DNA from: an alpha proteobacterium MED-G09
GTDB lineage: Bacteria > Pseudomonadota > Alphaproteobacteria > MED-G09
Reading direction: 5' to 3'
Length of the DNA stretch: 64,000 nt
Assembly: GCA_905182015.1 (NCBI GenBank)
Contig: CAJIZT010000005.1
Coordinates: 4,312-68,311 of the forward strand
Under the pieces are notes generated by a model that had not been told where the DNA came from, ran no database searches, and saw only the letters and a program-made list of their open reading frames with translations. Shown here in pieces: positions 25,396-35,095 of the stretch; the first letter of the stretch is position 1, and each line of letters opens with the position of its first letter. A program made the translations under genes and the position numbers.

Positions 25396-26565
25396 TTAAT
25401 CTATTTTAATTATTTTTTGAACCACATCAATTTTTTCAGAATTAAATCCAGCCTTACAGTAAGAAAAATAATATCTAAAAATTTTCTCAAGCCTGTCGTC
25501 GAAACCTAGTTTCCTTATGGATTTTATTGATCTAATAAAATCATTGTGCCACAGGCCCAATGTTTTTGCGTATGACTTTCCAAATGAAATTGATTTTATC
25601 TCTTTTAACCCCACCTCTTTATAGCTTTCGTTTAATTTTTCTTGAGAAGGTAGCATGCCTCCTGGAAAAACATATTTCTGAATAAAATCTACCGAATTAC
25701 TGTATTTTTCATAGCTTTTATCATTTATAAGAATTACCTGAATTCCTGCAAGTCCATCTTTTTTTAAGGATTCCTTTATCTTCTTAAAATAACTAATCCA
25801 ATATTTCTCACCAACAGCCTCAATCATCTCGATCGATACAATACGGTCATATGTTCCTTTTATATCTCTGTAGTCGCAAAGCTCAAGAGTGACGTTTTTC
25901 TCAAGACCTTTATTTTTGATGCGCGCTTTAGAAAATTTAAGCTGACTTGGGCTTATTGTTACTCCTGTAATCTGACATCCCACAGTTTTTGCTGTGTATT
26001 CTGCAAACCCTCCCCAACCACATCCTATTTCTAAAACCCTATGATTTGAATTTATTTTAAGTTCATCAATTAATAACTGATACTTATTCTCTTGAGCATC
26101 ATGTAGGCTTTCAGTTTCTTTTTTAAAAAATGCGCTCGAGTATGTCATTGTCTTATCAAGCCACAGCTTGTAAAAATTATTACCTAGATCGTAATGATAC
26201 ATAATATTTTTTTTCGCTCTGGTTTTAGTATTTTCTCTAAAGAAATGAATAATTTTGTTATAAAATAGGTATAATTTACTTTTTGGATTAAACGATTCCG
26301 GAAGGTTTACAACCATTATCTCTAGAAATGATTCAAGGTTTGAACTGGTCCATTCACCTTTTATGTAGCTTTCTGAGAAACCAAGGTGTCCTCCGATAAT
26401 TGTACGTAAAAGAGGCCTGTAAGAGAGTAGGGTAAGGTCGGAAGACAACCCCTTCTTCCCTAAGAAATTTATAGTTTTTCCACTAGGGAAGTTAACAGTC
26501 AATGATCCAACTTTTATTTCTTTACAAATTTTTGTTAAATATTTTTCAAATATTCTTTCTATCAT
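25396..26565 (-). CDS. cfa: Cyclopropane-fatty-acyl-phospholipid synthase family SAM methyltransferase (Cfa/UfaM-like)
   Basis: YHYDLGNNFY, MTYSSAFF, VLEIGCGWGG, SIEMIEAVG, FIQKYVFPGGMLP. Confidence 0.9.
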   Translation of the reverse strand: MIERIFEKYLTKICKEIKVGSLTVNFPSGKTINFLGKKGLSSDLTLLSYRPLLRTIIGGHLGFSESYIKGEWTSSNLESFLEIMVVNLPESFNPKSKLYLFYNKIIHFFRENTKTRAKKNIMYHYDLGNNFYKLWLDKTMTYSSAFFKKETESLHDAQENKYQLLIDELKINSNHRVLEIGCGWGGFAEYTAKTVGCQITGVTISPSQLKFSKARIKNKGLEKNVTLELCDYRDIKGTYDRIVSIEMIEAVGEKYWISYFKKIKESLKKDGLAGIQVILINDKSYEKYSNSVDFIQKYVFPGGMLPSQEKLNESYKEVGLKEIKSISFGKSYAKTLGLWHNDFIRSIKSIRKLGFDDRLEKIFRYYFSYCKAGFNSEKIDVVQKIIKID

Positions 26566-27343
26566 TTTTCTTACTATATTTATTGTTATACGAGACTTTG
26601 CTTAGACTTGATTTTTTATGTTTTACATATTTAATATTCTTTAGCCATAAGATCAATGCCTGAAAGTGGATTCCGTAAATCACTTTTATGGTTAACAGTG
26701 GGTAGAGTATAAAATTTAAAAAAAGATTCTTATCATTAAAAATACTTCCTTTTCCAACAAAGGATGCTGTCAGAAGGTGCTTCTCATCTGATATTTCTTT
26801 AATTACTATGCTTACATTACCTTTTTCTAGGTTGGTCGAGAATTGATACCTTCCGTTCATGCTTATAAATGGGGATACATGAAGCAGCTTTTTACTTTTG
26901 TGACTAAATTTAGTAGATTTATTTTTCATCTTAAAGACATAAGAATGATCTTCACCAAATGTATTCCTTACCTCGTAAACAAGCATTTCAAGATTACTCT
27001 TACTATAAACAAACCAAACACTAATTGGGTTAAAGACATAACCAAGAACCCTAGGGTAGCACAAGCAGAAAATTTTAGTATTTTTTATCTCAACCCCTGC
27101 TTTCTTTGCTATTTTTCGGATCCAAATTTTTGGATGGGTACCGTCTTTATCACCATGGTCTTTGTTAAAAAATGAGAATAAATTAAATTTATTATATGAA
27201 AATAGGTAATTGGATTCTCCTGTCTCCTCTAGCCTATCAATTTCAAATAACATTGAGTAGACTTTATAGTTAAACTTATGTTTCTTAGGAAGGAATCTCA
27301 CATGACTTACCGTTCCATTGAAAATTGTTGTCTCTATTCCCAT
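26546..27343 (-). CDS. DUF1365 family protein (UfaO-like)
   Basis: H.RF.P..H.F.Y, PRVLGYVFNPISVWF, YEVRNTFGEDHSY, K..HVSPF, IHFQAL.LW.K. Confidence 0.9.
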   Translation of the reverse strand: MGIETTIFNGTVSHVRFLPKKHKFNYKVYSMLFEIDRLEETGESNYLFSYNKFNLFSFFNKDHGDKDGTHPKIWIRKIAKKAGVEIKNTKIFCLCYPRVLGYVFNPISVWFVYSKSNLEMLVYEVRNTFGEDHSYVFKMKNKSTKFSHKSKKLLHVSPFISMNGRYQFSTNLEKGNVSIVIKEISDEKHLLTASFVGKGSIFNDKNLFLNFILYPLLTIKVIYGIHFQALILWLKNIKYVKHKKSSLSKVSYNNKYSKKNDRKNI

Positions 27344-28605
27344 AACACTTTTATTCCAAGGGCTTTTGCTAATTTAAGACTTGATTGAATCCCATCCTCG
27401 TGAAAACCATTTCCTGACCATGCGCCACAGTGCCACGTGTTCTTGTTTCCTTGTATTTTTTTCAATAATTTTTGAGAATTAATCGACTTAAGATCAAAAA
27501 CAGGATGTTCGTATTCTATCACCCTAAAAATGCTATTTTCCTTTGGAGGGTTTGCGGGGTTTAAGCTTAGAAATAGTGGGTTCTTTTCTTTAATGTTTTG
27601 AAGTTTATTCATCCAGTAGGTTACTGAAATATTTTTCTTCTTTTCCTTTGGTGTAAAAACATTCCACGATGACCATGTTTTCTTTAAGTTAGGCATTAAG
27701 CTGATGTCATTATGCAAATAAGCTGTATTTTTATTGGTAGTAAAATTTTTTAATATCTCTATTTCCTTACTCTCTGCATCAGACAGAATTTCTAATGTTT
27801 TAGATGGGTTTATAGAAAAAATTATATGATCAAATTTTTTACTATTATTATTTGAGTCCTCAATGAGAATATAATCCTTATTCCTTTCAATGCTTAATAT
27901 GTTTATATTTTTTTTTATTTTAACTTTAGGGTTTGCACTTAAAAATTTAACTAATTTTCTTACATAGCTTATGCTTCCGTTGGATACAGTTTTCCATTTT
28001 GGCCTGTCATGCTTACTGTGAAGGAGCTTATGATTATTGAAAAACTCAAAAAGAGATTTTATAGGATATTTCATCACATCGTCTGAAGGCATTGACCAAA
28101 TAGCTCCAGCCATTGGCAAAAGGTATAAATTCTGAAAACTTTTACTGTATGGATTTTTTCCTAGCCATTCCCTTAAAGATATAGTCTCTAAAGACCTGTA
28201 ATTAATAAGGTATTTAACATGAAAATTAAAGATGGGAATCTGAATAACGGCTATTAGGAAATAAAGTTTCTTTAAAAATTTTTTTTTAGAAAAAATACTT
28301 TTAAAATTCTGTCCTGACCATTCAATACCCATTCCCTCATGTTGAACGGATAAGCTCATATCGCTATTCTCATAGTTTATAGAAAAAAATTTAAATAATT
28401 TTATAAGATTTGGATAATTTGCCTTATTAAAAACAATAAAACCTGTATCCACATTTATTATTTCATTATCGTAATTTATTTCCACAGTATTTGAATGACC
28501 TCCATATCTGTCATCTTTTTCGTAGAGTGTTACCTCGTGATCTTGAGACAGTATAGTTGCCATAGATAAACCAGATATTCCTGATCCAACAACAGCAAAT
28601 TTCAT
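27334..28605 (-). CDS. FAD-dependent oxidoreductase, amine-oxidase-like (UfaD-like)
   Basis: GSGISG Rossmann motif, GGHSNT, VDTGFIVFN..NYP, GNGFHEDG; typical neighbour of DUF1365 and cfa. Confidence 0.88.
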   Translation of the reverse strand: MKFAVVGSGISGLSMATILSQDHEVTLYEKDDRYGGHSNTVEINYDNEIINVDTGFIVFNKANYPNLIKLFKFFSINYENSDMSLSVQHEGMGIEWSGQNFKSIFSKKKFLKKLYFLIAVIQIPIFNFHVKYLINYRSLETISLREWLGKNPYSKSFQNLYLLPMAGAIWSMPSDDVMKYPIKSLFEFFNNHKLLHSKHDRPKWKTVSNGSISYVRKLVKFLSANPKVKIKKNINILSIERNKDYILIEDSNNNSKKFDHIIFSINPSKTLEILSDAESKEIEILKNFTTNKNTAYLHNDISLMPNLKKTWSSWNVFTPKEKKKNISVTYWMNKLQNIKEKNPLFLSLNPANPPKENSIFRVIEYEHPVFDLKSINSQKLLKKIQGNKNTWHCGAWSGNGFHEDGIQSSLKLAKALGIKVLWE

Positions 28606-28647
28606 TTAGAGTCCTTTGGGTTTATAAAAAATTACATTCATTGAATA

Positions 28648-28878
28648 TTATTTGTAATTTTCTTCGCTTATAGCGGGTTCACGCTCTTCCTTAGGCATGT
28701 CATCTTGAGGAGCAACCTCTGGTTTAGTGGTCTGAATTTTCTTTGATAAATTTTCATCCGATGGCTTTGTTGACATTGAGCTTCCGGTATAAATACTCCC
28801 ATCATATCTTTCTGAACAACCAATTAGGGAAATGGATAAGCAGAAAATAGCCAAAGGTATATAAATAATTTTTTTCAT
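28648..28878 (-). CDS. Small putative lipoprotein
   Basis: MKKIIYIPLAIFCLSISLIGC lipobox followed by a polar low-complexity tail; start placed at ATG 28878. Confidence 0.65.
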   Translation of the reverse strand: MKKIIYIPLAIFCLSISLIGCSERYDGSIYTGSSMSTKPSDENLSKKIQTTKPEVAPQDDMPKEEREPAISEENYK

Positions 28879-28929
28879 AACTAACAATAGCAATTGTTAC
28901 GATTATTTAAAATAAAAAAATAAAAAAAA

Positions 28930-29005
28930 TGGCTCCCCGGGCCGGACTCGAACCAGCGACAAATTGATTAACAGTCAATCGCTCTACCAACTGAGCTACC
29001 GGGGA
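28930..29005 (-). tRNA. tRNA-Asn(GTT)
   Basis: Minus strand TCCCCGGTAGCTCAGTTGGTAGAGCGATTGACT-GTT-AATCAAT...GGTTCGAGTCC...GGGGAGCCA, 76 nt, encoded CCA. Confidence 0.97.
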
Positions 29006-29068
29006 ACAGTTTGGATATCTTCTAACAGAAGAATACTAAATTGACTAGCTTGTTTTAAGTTTTATATT

Positions 29069-30085
29069 TTATATTTTAACCATGAGTTTTCCGGTATTGC
29101 CGCCTGTGAATAATTTTTGAAGCGCCAGGGGGAAGCTTTCTATTCCTTCCTCGATATGGAAGGGGACTTTAAGCTTTTCTTGATTATATAAATCTAGCAA
29201 TTCTTTGTAGGCTTCTTCATAGCGATCTTTAAAATGCATAACAGTAAAACCCTCCATTTTAGCATATTTTTCAGCTAAACGAAGATAGAGACTGGGTCCG
29301 TCGACATCATCATGATGAGAGTATTGCGATATTGCTCCACATATAATAACTCTCGCTCTGTCCCGAATATTATCAAGTGCAATGTCTAAAATTTCACCAC
29401 CCACATTATCAAAGAAAAGATCGATTCCATCCTTTGCATACAATTTAATTTGTTCATCGATATCTTGATTTTTATAATCGATTGCGGCATCTACCCCAAT
29501 TTCGTTTACAAGGATTTCACATTTTTCTTTTCCGCCAGCAATACCAATAACCTTAGCGCCTTTGAGCTTGGCTAGCTGGCAAGCAATCATTCCAACACCT
29601 CCAGCAGCACCCGACACAAGAACAATATCGCCTGCCTTGACCTGTCCAACCTCATATATTCCAAAATAAGCAGTTAATCCGGTTGAAACTCCAAGAACAC
29701 CAATTTGTGTAAAGGGATCGATTTCAGGGTTAACGACTTTAGTAAAAAAAGTTCCAGACATAGTAGCAAAGCTTTGAGCTGATAATGGGCCGCTTACAAT
29801 ATCACCTTCCTTAAGCTTATCTGACTTACTGATGAGCACCTTTCCAATCCCCATTGAGGGAAGCGTACCGCCTATTGGAGTCGATCCATGAAATGCTGTT
29901 TCATTTAAAGTTGTTCTTATCCATGCCCCCACTCCCAGTGCTTGCACCTCTATTAAAACCTCACCATCATCAGGAGCTTTTGCAGTTTCCTCAATCACAT
30001 CAAAATCGCCAACCTTAGGATCTCCATCCGGCCTTGATTTCAATACTATTTTTTTTGAATTTGGTAAATTTGATATATCTGACAT
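29069..30085 (-). CDS. NADP-dependent oxidoreductase (PTGR/alkenal reductase, MDR family), copy A
   Basis: TGLTAYFG, VSGAAGGVG, GIAGGKEKC, FFDNVGG, CGAISQY, NTGKLMVK. Confidence 0.9.
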   Translation of the reverse strand: MSDISNLPNSKKIVLKSRPDGDPKVGDFDVIEETAKAPDDGEVLIEVQALGVGAWIRTTLNETAFHGSTPIGGTLPSMGIGKVLISKSDKLKEGDIVSGPLSAQSFATMSGTFFTKVVNPEIDPFTQIGVLGVSTGLTAYFGIYEVGQVKAGDIVLVSGAAGGVGMIACQLAKLKGAKVIGIAGGKEKCEILVNEIGVDAAIDYKNQDIDEQIKLYAKDGIDLFFDNVGGEILDIALDNIRDRARVIICGAISQYSHHDDVDGPSLYLRLAEKYAKMEGFTVMHFKDRYEEAYKELLDLYNQEKLKVPFHIEEGIESFPLALQKLFTGGNTGKLMVKI

Positions 30086-30130
30086 TTTAATACTCTTGGA
30101 TTGGTAATTTATAATTAAAATAATAAAGAT

Positions 30131-31147
30131 TTATACTTTTACCATTAATTTTCCAGTATTGCCGCCCGTAAATAGTTTTTGAAGAGCTAGAGGGAAGTTA
30201 TCTATTCCATCCTCAATATGAAATGGTACTTTTAGCTTTCCTTTATTGTATAGGTCTAAGAGTTCTTTTGAGGCCTCCTCATAGCGTTCTTCAAAATGCA
30301 TTACAGTGAAGCCCTCCATTCTTGCATATTTTTCTGCTAACCGAAGATAAAGGCTTGGACCATCAACTGAATCATGATGTGAGTATTGAGAAATTGCCCC
30401 ACATATTATGACCCTTGCTCTATCACGAATATTATCAAGCGCTATATCTAAAATTTCACCACCCACATTATCAAAGAAAATATCAATTCCCTCAGGTGCG
30501 TGTAATTTAATTTGCTCATCAACATTTTGATTTTTATAATCTATTGAAGCATCTACACCGATTTCATTTTTCAGTACATCGCACTTTTCCTTGCCGCCCG
30601 CAATACCGATTACTTTCGCGCCCTTAAGTTTAGCTAATTGACAAACTAATGAGCCAACACCCCCAGCAGCTCCCGACACAAGAACAATTTCATTTTTTTT
30701 AACTTGCCCAACTTCATATATTCCAAAATATGCTGTTAAACCAGTTGTGACTCCAAGAATTCCAATTTGGGTAAAAGGATCGATTTCAGGATTAGGAACT
30801 TTAGTAAAAAAATCTGCCGCCATAGTTGTATAGCTTTGTGCCATAAGTGGACCAGTAACAATATCCCCTTCTTTAAATTTATCAGACTTACTTATTATTA
30901 CCTTACCATTCCCGAGCGCAGGGATTGTTCCGCTAATTGGTGTTGATCCATGAAAGGCTGTTTCATTTAAAGTTGTCCTTATCCATGCCCCTATTTCTAG
31001 AGCTTGAACCTCGACTAAAACTTCCCCGTCATCAGGAGCCTTTGCAATTTCCTCAATCATATCAAAATCGCTTACCTTAGGGTCTCCATCCGGTCTTGTT
31101 TTTAATACTATTTTTTTTGAATTTGGTAAATTTGATATATCTGACAT
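30131..31147 (-). CDS. NADP-dependent oxidoreductase (PTGR/alkenal reductase, MDR family), copy B
   Basis: Same motifs; collinear 338-aa paralogue of copy A. Confidence 0.9.
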   Translation of the reverse strand: MSDISNLPNSKKIVLKTRPDGDPKVSDFDMIEEIAKAPDDGEVLVEVQALEIGAWIRTTLNETAFHGSTPISGTIPALGNGKVIISKSDKFKEGDIVTGPLMAQSYTTMAADFFTKVPNPEIDPFTQIGILGVTTGLTAYFGIYEVGQVKKNEIVLVSGAAGGVGSLVCQLAKLKGAKVIGIAGGKEKCDVLKNEIGVDASIDYKNQNVDEQIKLHAPEGIDIFFDNVGGEILDIALDNIRDRARVIICGAISQYSHHDSVDGPSLYLRLAEKYARMEGFTVMHFEERYEEASKELLDLYNKGKLKVPFHIEDGIDNFPLALQKLFTGGNTGKLMVKV

Positions 31148-31250
31148 TTTGATCCTTTTGAATGTTTATATTTTATAAACTAAAATATTACCGAAAGATA
31201 AATAATTTTTAAAAATTGACCAATTTTATTAACAATAATAAAGTTCATTA

Positions 31251-31448
31251 ATGATTGGATCTATATTTTTATATTTAGTTTCAAAGGGACGCATTTTGTT
31301 TGGAGTTTTTTTTATGGCGCCAGTTTGCTCTCAATTATTAAATTATAATAATATAGATAAGATCTTTGGAATTCCAAGTATCATTTCATGTCTGGCGGTA
31401 GGATTTTTTTGGGGTTTATATGCAAATTATAAAAAACAGTGGTTTTAA
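31251..31448 (+). CDS. Small hypothetical membrane protein
   Basis: 65 aa with hydrophobic stretches; ends 9 nt before the desaturase. Confidence 0.5.
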   Translation: MIGSIFLYLVSKGRILFGVFFMAPVCSQLLNYNNIDKIFGIPSIISCLAVGFFWGLYANYKKQWF

Positions 31449-31457
31449 TATAATTTT

Positions 31458-32303
31458 GTGAGGAAGGGTTTGGATTTAGCTGAAAAAGAAAAACAGATTG
31501 CTAGAAAGTTTGTAGGAAAAACTCCCTGGCTTATGATAATTTGGTGGGCTTTAAATTTGTCTGTTTGGCTTATGCTTTGGCCTTTAGCTCTGAGTGGCTT
31601 AATTCCTATATGGAGTACATTAATAATTGCAAGTATTTGTGCTTGCCTTTGCTACTTACCGTCACATGAGGCGCAACACGGAAATATAGCAAAAAAGACC
31701 TCATCTTTTTTCTGGCTTAATGATTTAATTGGTTACACATCTTTAATTCCAATAGCTCTGCCTTATCGTTTGGCTCAAGCAACACACTTATTACATCATT
31801 CATTCACCAATGATCCAATAAAGGATCCTGATTATGGAGTGAAGGCCAGCAGCTTCTTAAAGGCCCTTTGGGTTAATTTAATATTTAATAGGCAAAGGGA
31901 TCTTCCGTATTTTGATTTTTTAGAGGAATCATCTACCAAAAAGAAGATTTTAATGGAAGCATTAATTACAAGAGTCTCTTATTGGCTAATTCTGATTTCA
32001 TTTGTATGGGCTGGTTATGGAATAGAAGTTACGGCAATTTGGTGGTTGCCTAGACTTATAGGTTCGGCATATATTCAAATGACTTTATCATGGGCGCCTC
32101 ATCACCCTATGGAAGAGCGGGGAAGGTATAGGGACACAAGAAGCTTTAAGGCCATTATAGGTACATATTTAACTCTTGGTATGGAATATCATATAATTCA
32201 TCATTTGCATCCCTCTATCCCTTTAAACCTTAATCCGGCAGCATATAGAGCCTTAAAGCCAATACTTGAAGAAAGGAATTGTTGTTTAGATAATAATTTG
32301 TAA
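31458..32303 (+). CDS. Membrane fatty acid desaturase / CrtR-like hydroxylase family protein
   Basis: Three His boxes HEAQH, HLLHH, HIIHH; DPD motif; TM segments. Confidence 0.85.
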   Translation: MRKGLDLAEKEKQIARKFVGKTPWLMIIWWALNLSVWLMLWPLALSGLIPIWSTLIIASICACLCYLPSHEAQHGNIAKKTSSFFWLNDLIGYTSLIPIALPYRLAQATHLLHHSFTNDPIKDPDYGVKASSFLKALWVNLIFNRQRDLPYFDFLEESSTKKKILMEALITRVSYWLILISFVWAGYGIEVTAIWWLPRLIGSAYIQMTLSWAPHHPMEERGRYRDTRSFKAIIGTYLTLGMEYHIIHHLHPSIPLNLNPAAYRALKPILEERNCCLDNNL

Positions 32304-32335
32304 TGTTTCGATTTTGTAACTATTAGGAGAAAAAA

Positions 32336-32506
32336 ATGAATATTTTTAATATGGCGAAAGATTTAAAAGGTATGGAAAAAATGATGAAGCCAGCCCTTGA
32401 AAAGTTTATGAATGACTCAGGTTTTGTCAAGAAGGGTGATTTAGAAAGTCTAGAAAAAAGAGTTATTGAGTTGGAAAAGAGCGTTAAGGAATTAAACAAT
32501 CGTTAA
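32336..32506 (+). CDS. 56-aa coiled-coil protein (not in ORF track)
   Basis: AGGAG SD, ATG 32336; MNIFNMAKDLKGMEKMMKPALEKFMNDSGFVKKGDLESLEKRVIELEKSVKELNNR. Confidence 0.75.
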   Translation: MNIFNMAKDLKGMEKMMKPALEKFMNDSGFVKKGDLESLEKRVIELEKSVKELNNR

Positions 32507-32565
32507 GTTTAATTATATTTTATGTTTGAGGCATAATATTTACTTGATAGGCTGTTATAAAAAAT

Positions 32566-33858
32566 ATGGGAGTAAAGAAAATGAAGGGTACCAGCATTAA
32601 TACTGAAAAAGTTGACCTCACTAATCATAATGTACAAGACTGTCCCTATAGCGCTTATAAAACCTTAAGAGATGAGGCGCCAGTGTATCAGGATCCTAAA
32701 ACTGGTTTTTTTATTGTAACACGCTACGACTATGTTAGAGAGCTTTTACTGGATACTGAGAATTTTAGTAGCTCTTTTGGTGCGGCCGCTCAAAAGGCAG
32801 AATCAAATATTAATACTGATCACGTAAAGCAAGGTGTAAAGCTCTTTGAAGAAAAAGGCTGGCTTCCATCCCCAACTCTTGCTGGTAGGGACAATCCTAA
32901 CCATAAGGAGATGAGAACTATATTTGATAAGGCTTTTCGTCCAGGAAAAATTAAAGAGCTAGAGGGTGTGGTAGAAAAAACGGCATATGATCTCATAGAA
33001 TCTTTCATTGAAAATGGCTCATGTGATTGGGTAAAAGAGTTTTCTATTCCACTTCCACTGAAGATTATTGGTATTCAAATGGGAATTAAAAATGAAGAAG
33101 ACTTGTGGAAAATTAAAATTTCAACAGATGCTTTTTTTCATAGAATAGGAATGATGTTAACCAAGGAAGAGGAGCTGGAGGCTATTGAAAAAGAAATTGA
33201 AGGGCAGCATTATTTTCAGCCAATTTTTGAACGACTCAGAAAGAAGCCAGATGATTCTCTTCTTAGTGAACTGGTAAACACAGTTATTGAAGAATGGGGG
33301 CGTCCATTAAATGATAACGAGCTCCATGCTGAGATGATGGCTGATACATTTGTTGGAGGTAGCGAAACAACAACTAATGCAATATCGGCAGGAATTAGAC
33401 TTTTGATCGAAAATCCAGATGCATGGGTGCAATTAAAGTCTAATCCAGATAAGTACTTAAAGGTTTTTGTTGAAGAGGTCTTGAGACTCGAATCCCCAGT
33501 ACAGAGTTTGATGCGGACTACATCTCGAGATGTAGATTTTCATGGTATTAAAATGCCAGAAGGATCTGTGGTTAATGTTCGTTATGCTGCGGCTAATAGG
33601 GACGAAAGAGCATTTGAAAACCCTGATAAGATTAATTTAGAAAGAAAAAAAGCGGGATCTCATATGGCCTTTGGATCAGGAACTCATCATTGCTTAGGAG
33701 CCCCGCTTGCTAGAAGGGAGCTTTGGTGGAGCTTTAAAGCTGTAACAGATAAATTTAAAAGTATGAGTTTTTCAGAAGGAAAGAACGACTTCAAGCACCA
33801 CCCACATTATTTATTAAGAGCCTTGAAGGAACTACATATAGACTTTGAGGTTGAGTAG
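32566..33858 (+). CDS. Cytochrome P450
   Basis: Heme motif FGSGTHHCLG, I-helix GGSETT, K-helix EVLR; start could be 32581. Confidence 0.95.
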   Translation: MGVKKMKGTSINTEKVDLTNHNVQDCPYSAYKTLRDEAPVYQDPKTGFFIVTRYDYVRELLLDTENFSSSFGAAAQKAESNINTDHVKQGVKLFEEKGWLPSPTLAGRDNPNHKEMRTIFDKAFRPGKIKELEGVVEKTAYDLIESFIENGSCDWVKEFSIPLPLKIIGIQMGIKNEEDLWKIKISTDAFFHRIGMMLTKEEELEAIEKEIEGQHYFQPIFERLRKKPDDSLLSELVNTVIEEWGRPLNDNELHAEMMADTFVGGSETTTNAISAGIRLLIENPDAWVQLKSNPDKYLKVFVEEVLRLESPVQSLMRTTSRDVDFHGIKMPEGSVVNVRYAAANRDERAFENPDKINLERKKAGSHMAFGSGTHHCLGAPLARRELWWSFKAVTDKFKSMSFSEGKNDFKHHPHYLLRALKELHIDFEVE

Positions 33859-33887
33859 TTTCCAAATTTAAAAACTATTTTATATTT

Positions 33888-35084
33888 CTATAAATTTAAC
33901 AAAAGGCGTTGAGGGGATTCAAGCTGTTCTTTAATTGAAACAAGAAAAGAAACAGCATCTTTTCCATCCAATAAGCGATGGTCGTAGCTTAAGGCTAGGT
34001 ACATCATTGGTCTTATTTCCATCTTCCCATCAATTACAACTACTCGATCTTGAATTGTGTGCATTCCAAGTATTGCTGTTTGAGGTGCATTTAAAATTGG
34101 AGTCGACAGCAAGGAGCCAAATACCCCCCCGTTCGAGATAGTGAATGTTCCGCCTCTCATATCTTCAATTGACAGCTTTCCTTCTTTTGCTTTGTTTGAG
34201 TATTCTAAAATAGATTTTTCTATATCAGGAAGAGCCATCATATCGGCGTCCCTAATTACCGGAACAACCAAACCCCGGTCAGTTGAAACCGCAACGCTAA
34301 TATCTTGATAGCCGTGATAAACAACATCGTTTTCTTCGAGCGAAGCATTGGCAACTGGAAATTTTTTAAGCGCATTAACAGAGGCTATGACAAAAAACCC
34401 CATAAAACCTAGCTTTAAGCCATGCTCAGACTCGAACTCAGTGCCATATTTTTTTCTTAAATCCTTTATTGGACTCATGTCAACTTCATTAAATGTTGTT
34501 AGCATTGCTGTTTCTTGTGTAACCGAAAGAAGCCTTTTTGCTATTGTCGATCTCATTCTTGACATAGGGACTCTTTCTTCGTCTCTACCGGACAGCTCTT
34601 CAGGTAATATTACTCTGGAGGGGGAGGGTTTAATAGGTTTACTGTTTAAATCTTCTATGTGGTTTTTAATATCGACTTTTGTAATTCTACCACCCTTTCC
34701 TGATCCGGCTATATCTCTTGAATCAAGATTGTTCTCATTGAGCATTCTCCTTACAGCTGGACCATGGCTTTGAGTAGAATCACTCGTTTGTTCTGAGCGA
34801 TCTTCATCTGAATTAATTGTTTGATTATTTTCTTTGGCTATTTTTGAAGATTCTTCAATCTCAGCGATTAATTCTCCACTTAAAATTATTTCTCCTTCAG
34901 CCCTAATAATTTTAGAAATTTTACCATTGATTGGAGACAGGACTTCTAGAACAATTTTATCAGTTTCAATTTCAGCAATAAGCTCATCTTGCCGAACACT
35001 CTGTCCTTCTTTTTTAACCCAATTTGCTATAGTTCCGTCAGCTACTGACTCTGGGTATGTTGGTGATTTAATTTCTACAACCAT
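33888..35084 (-). CDS. sucB: 2-oxoglutarate dehydrogenase E2 (dihydrolipoyllysine succinyltransferase)
   Basis: Lipoyl motif [39 protein letters not shown]. Confidence 0.96.
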   Translation of the reverse strand: MVVEIKSPTYPESVADGTIANWVKKEGQSVRQDELIAEIETDKIVLEVLSPINGKISKIIRAEGEIILSGELIAEIEESSKIAKENNQTINSDEDRSEQTSDSTQSHGPAVRRMLNENNLDSRDIAGSGKGGRITKVDIKNHIEDLNSKPIKPSPSRVILPEELSGRDEERVPMSRMRSTIAKRLLSVTQETAMLTTFNEVDMSPIKDLRKKYGTEFESEHGLKLGFMGFFVIASVNALKKFPVANASLEENDVVYHGYQDISVAVSTDRGLVVPVIRDADMMALPDIEKSILEYSNKAKEGKLSIEDMRGGTFTISNGGVFGSLLSTPILNAPQTAILGMHTIQDRVVVIDGKMEIRPMMYLALSYDHRLLDGKDAVSFLVSIKEQLESPQRLLLNL

Positions 35085-35095
35085 TATTTCTTCCT

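Noticed and set aside
31458..32303. Calling the His-box enzyme a carotenoid hydroxylase (crtR)
   Set aside because: No crt genes nearby, and His boxes alone do not separate desaturase from hydroxylase
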